Below are positions 34,398 through 36,303 of a DNA stretch of 36,303 nt, piece by piece. The translations under genes were made by a program, and so were the position numbers. Numbering within the stretch: the first letter of the stretch is position 1; each line of letters opens with the position of its first letter. Source of the DNA: a virus; UHGV virus genome UHGV-1321070; one strand, written 5' to 3'. The notes beneath the pieces are model-generated. The model was not told where the DNA came from and made no database searches. It was given only the letters and a program-made list of their open reading frames with translations.

Positions 34398-35011
34398 TGA
34401 GTAACACTGCAGTTCTGGATGAAAACGGTATCGCCACTGTAGCGGGCGATATCACTGTATATCACTATGACGAGGAAACCCGGGAATACACCTCATCCTC
34501 TGTGGAGTATCTCGCCCTTGGGGTGGGTACTCCGGCACATTCGTGCGCCGATGCACCGCCGGAGGCAATTTCGGGTTACGTGGTTTGTCGGACTGCCACG
34601 CTGAACGGGTGGGAGCATGTGCCTGATCACCGCGGCGAGACGGTATACAGCACGGAGAACGGTAACCCCGTTCTGATTACCCAACCGGGTGATTACCCGG
34701 CGGACACCACCACAAAACAGCCAGCCACGCCATGGGATACCTGGAACGGTGAGGCGTGGGTAACCGATACTGAACGGCAGCGAGCCGCAGAACTGGAGGT
34801 TGCCAGACAGCAACGCCAGCAACGAGTGAAACAGGCGATGGCGTCCGTCGATCTTATCAACCTCAAACTGCGTGCTGGTCGCAGTCTGACACCAGAAGAA
34901 ACGGCAAAACTGAACGCCGTGCTGGATTATATCGACGAGCTGAACGCACTGGATATCAGCACGGCACCTGAAATCAGCTGGCCGGAAGCGCCACTGGCAC
35001 TTGCCAGTTGA
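34397..35011 (+). CDS. Tail fibre assembly chaperone (Tfa / Mu U-like)
   Basis: 204 aa; start overlaps the fibre stop (TAATG); typical Tfa-like N-terminus (LDENGIATVAGDITVYHYDEETREY); lies inside the invertible segment. Confidence 0.7.
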   Translation: MSNTAVLDENGIATVAGDITVYHYDEETREYTSSSVEYLALGVGTPAHSCADAPPEAISGYVVCRTATLNGWEHVPDHRGETVYSTENGNPVLITQPGDYPADTTTKQPATPWDTWNGEAWVTDTERQRAAELEVARQQRQQRVKQAMASVDLINLKLRAGRSLTPEETAKLNAVLDYIDELNALDISTAPEISWPEAPLALAS

Positions 35012-35017
35012 ACGGTA

Positions 35018-35491
35018 TCACGCCGCCCTCACGATATAGTTAAACGCGATATTGCGGGGGCGGGTTATGTTAAAGAATGCTCCGTTTAATTCGGCTTTTG
35101 CGCGACTGTTTGTTCCACCCAGCATTGCGTACCACAAATAATCGCTACGGTAATTCCCCGCAAACACCTTATCGCCGCCATAGTCAATATTATTTCCGTT
35201 ACTCATGTACGAGATATCAAGCGAAGAATCGTTATCGTCATGACCGCCGACCAGTGTACCTTTCTGCCATGAAAGCAACTTACGCCCCTCGTCAATCTTG
35301 CGCCCGTCGTCCCATCCACGGATAAACTCACCGCGTAAATCGGGAAGACGGAGGGTCGGGTAGACTCTGGCCAGAACAGGATATTGTTCTTTGGTGAACG
35401 TAGCTCCGTTGCACTGTAACCAGCCTGCTGGCGGTGTGGCGGTGGGCCATGGAACCGGTACACCAACAGGCAATGCAGAGCCTTCCCCCAA
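35018..35491 (-). CDS. Alternative tail-fibre C-terminal cassette (promoterless; fused to the fibre gene after inversion)
   Basis: Minus-strand ORF whose first ~65 aa are encoded by the right inverted repeat and are identical to the fibre segment; it then diverges to a different tip ending RPRNIAFNYIVRAA (current tip ends RPRSIALNYIVRAV). Confidence 0.7.
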   Translation of the reverse strand: MGEGSALPVGVPVPWPTATPPAGWLQCNGATFTKEQYPVLARVYPTLRLPDLRGEFIRGWDDGRKIDEGRKLLSWQKGTLVGGHDDNDSSLDISYMSNGNNIDYGGDKVFAGNYRSDYLWYAMLGGTNSRAKAELNGAFFNITRPRNIAFNYIVRAA

Positions 35492-35496
35492 ACCAA
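35298..35496. repeat. Inverted repeat, right arm (199 bp, perfect)
   Basis: Exact reverse complement of 33880..34078. Confidence 0.85.
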
Positions 35497-35508
35497 CGTT
35501 TATCTCTC
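35483..35508. other. Gin/Hin-type recombination site, right
   Basis: TTCCCCCAAACC-AA-CGTTTATCTCTC; the inner half-site and core are shared with the left site, the outer half-site is unique; lies 55 bp upstream of the invertase start. Confidence 0.7.
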
Positions 35509-35562
35509 AAATCCTCCCCACATTATCTCAGTACTTTAACCACTCAAAAGGGAGTATTTTTA

Positions 35563-36135
35563 ATGCTGATTGGCTACATACGTGTGTCAACAAATGACCA
35601 AAACACAGATTTGCAACGCAATGCATTAATGTGCGCAGGATGTGAACAGATTTTTGAGGACAAAATGAGCGGAACCAAGTCGGAACGACCAGGCCTGAAA
35701 CGCGCTTTAAAGTGCCTTAAAAGAGGGGATACATTGGTGGTCTGGAAGCTGGATCGGTTGGGTAGAAGAATGAAACACCTCATTGCTCTCACAGAAGAGC
35801 TACGCGCAAAAGGTGTCAATTTTCGCAGTCTGACGGATTCAATCGATACCAGCACTCCGATGGGAAGGTTCTTTTTTCATATGATGGGTGCACTGGCAGA
35901 AATGGAGCGTGAACTGATAGTTGAGCGCACGCTGGCAGGACTGGCTGCTGCGCGAGCACAAGGGAGAGTTGGAGGACGTCGCCCGAAACTGACGAAGGAG
36001 CAGCATGAGCAGATCGCAAGATTGCTCCAGAAAGGGTATGACAGAAAGCGGCTGGCAATTATCTATGATATTGGACTGTCAACGATCTACCGCTATCACC
36101 CTGTTGGGACTGTCATAACGCAACCTGAAATGTAA
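35563..36135 (+). CDS. Serine DNA invertase of the Gin/Cin/Pin/Hin family
   Basis: Start at the ATG after AAAAGGGAG (track ORF begins 129 nt upstream); MLIGYIRVSTNDQNTDLQRNAL ... VVWKLDRLGR ... SLTDSIDTSTPMGRFFFHMMGALAEMERELIVERT is near-identical to the invertase family, with a C-terminal HTH. Confidence 0.9.
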   Translation: MLIGYIRVSTNDQNTDLQRNALMCAGCEQIFEDKMSGTKSERPGLKRALKCLKRGDTLVVWKLDRLGRRMKHLIALTEELRAKGVNFRSLTDSIDTSTPMGRFFFHMMGALAEMERELIVERTLAGLAAARAQGRVGGRRPKLTKEQHEQIARLLQKGYDRKRLAIIYDIGLSTIYRYHPVGTVITQPEM

Positions 36136-36213
36136 TTCTTTTTCAAATAATGAAACGCCGCGTGGATGCCATTTATCGCACAAGATAGAGTGCATTTATC
36201 GCGCGGCGCATCA
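36136..36213. promoter_or_regulatory. Prophage right terminal region with putative transposase-binding repeats
   Basis: ATGAAACGCCGCG ... CCATTTATCGCA ... GCATTTATCGCGCGGCGCATCA resembles the Mu right end as I recall it (ATTTATCGTGAAACGC ... GCGCCGCTTCA); ends in CA. Confidence 0.65.
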
Positions 36214-36219
36214 GCCAGT
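36214..36219. repeat. Right copy of flanking direct repeat GCCAGT (candidate target-site duplication)
   Basis: Identical to 49..54, immediately outside the right terminus. Confidence 0.55.
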
Positions 36220-36303
36220 TTCAGCTTACGCTTTTACTCTCATTTACTCTGCTGAGGCTGGTATATGTTGCATTTTTAGTTTAGAGTTTACTTAATTTAG
36301 AAA

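Overview
Almost the whole window (about 55..36213) is one complete Mu-like transposable prophage with both ends present. The ends read 5'-TG...CA-3', carry Mu-like subterminal ATTTATCG / GATAAATG repeats, and are flanked by an identical 6-bp host sequence (GCCAGT), consistent with a target-site duplication. Only about 54 bp (left) and 90 bp (right) of host DNA are visible. Layout: a leftward early operon (8484 down to 218: Ner-like, winged-HTH, conserved early protein, MuA-like transposase, MuB-like ATPase, Gam, small accessory genes including a MazG-like protein, GemA-like, Mor/C-family activator); a rightward repressor gene (8535..8996) followed by two membrane-protein genes and a convergent small P-loop NTPase (8993..11165); then a rightward late region (11296..35011: holin-like, lytic transglycosylase, Rz/Rz1, terminase, portal, head, sheath, tube, tape measure, baseplate, tail fibre, fibre chaperone) ending in a Gin-type invertible fibre segment with the invertase gene at 35563..36135. 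The early operon is inverted relative to canonical Mu. The best candidate for an undescribed system is the repressor-linked membrane-protein pair, arranged like lambda cI-rexA-rexB, plus the adjacent P-loop gene; none of the three matches a family I recognise. Other notable points are a single-chaperone invertible fibre switch with perfect 199-bp inverted repeats and a motif repeated upstream of three late operons. All calls rest on reading the sequence and the supplied ORF track; no database search or computation was run, and identities are from recalled family signatures.
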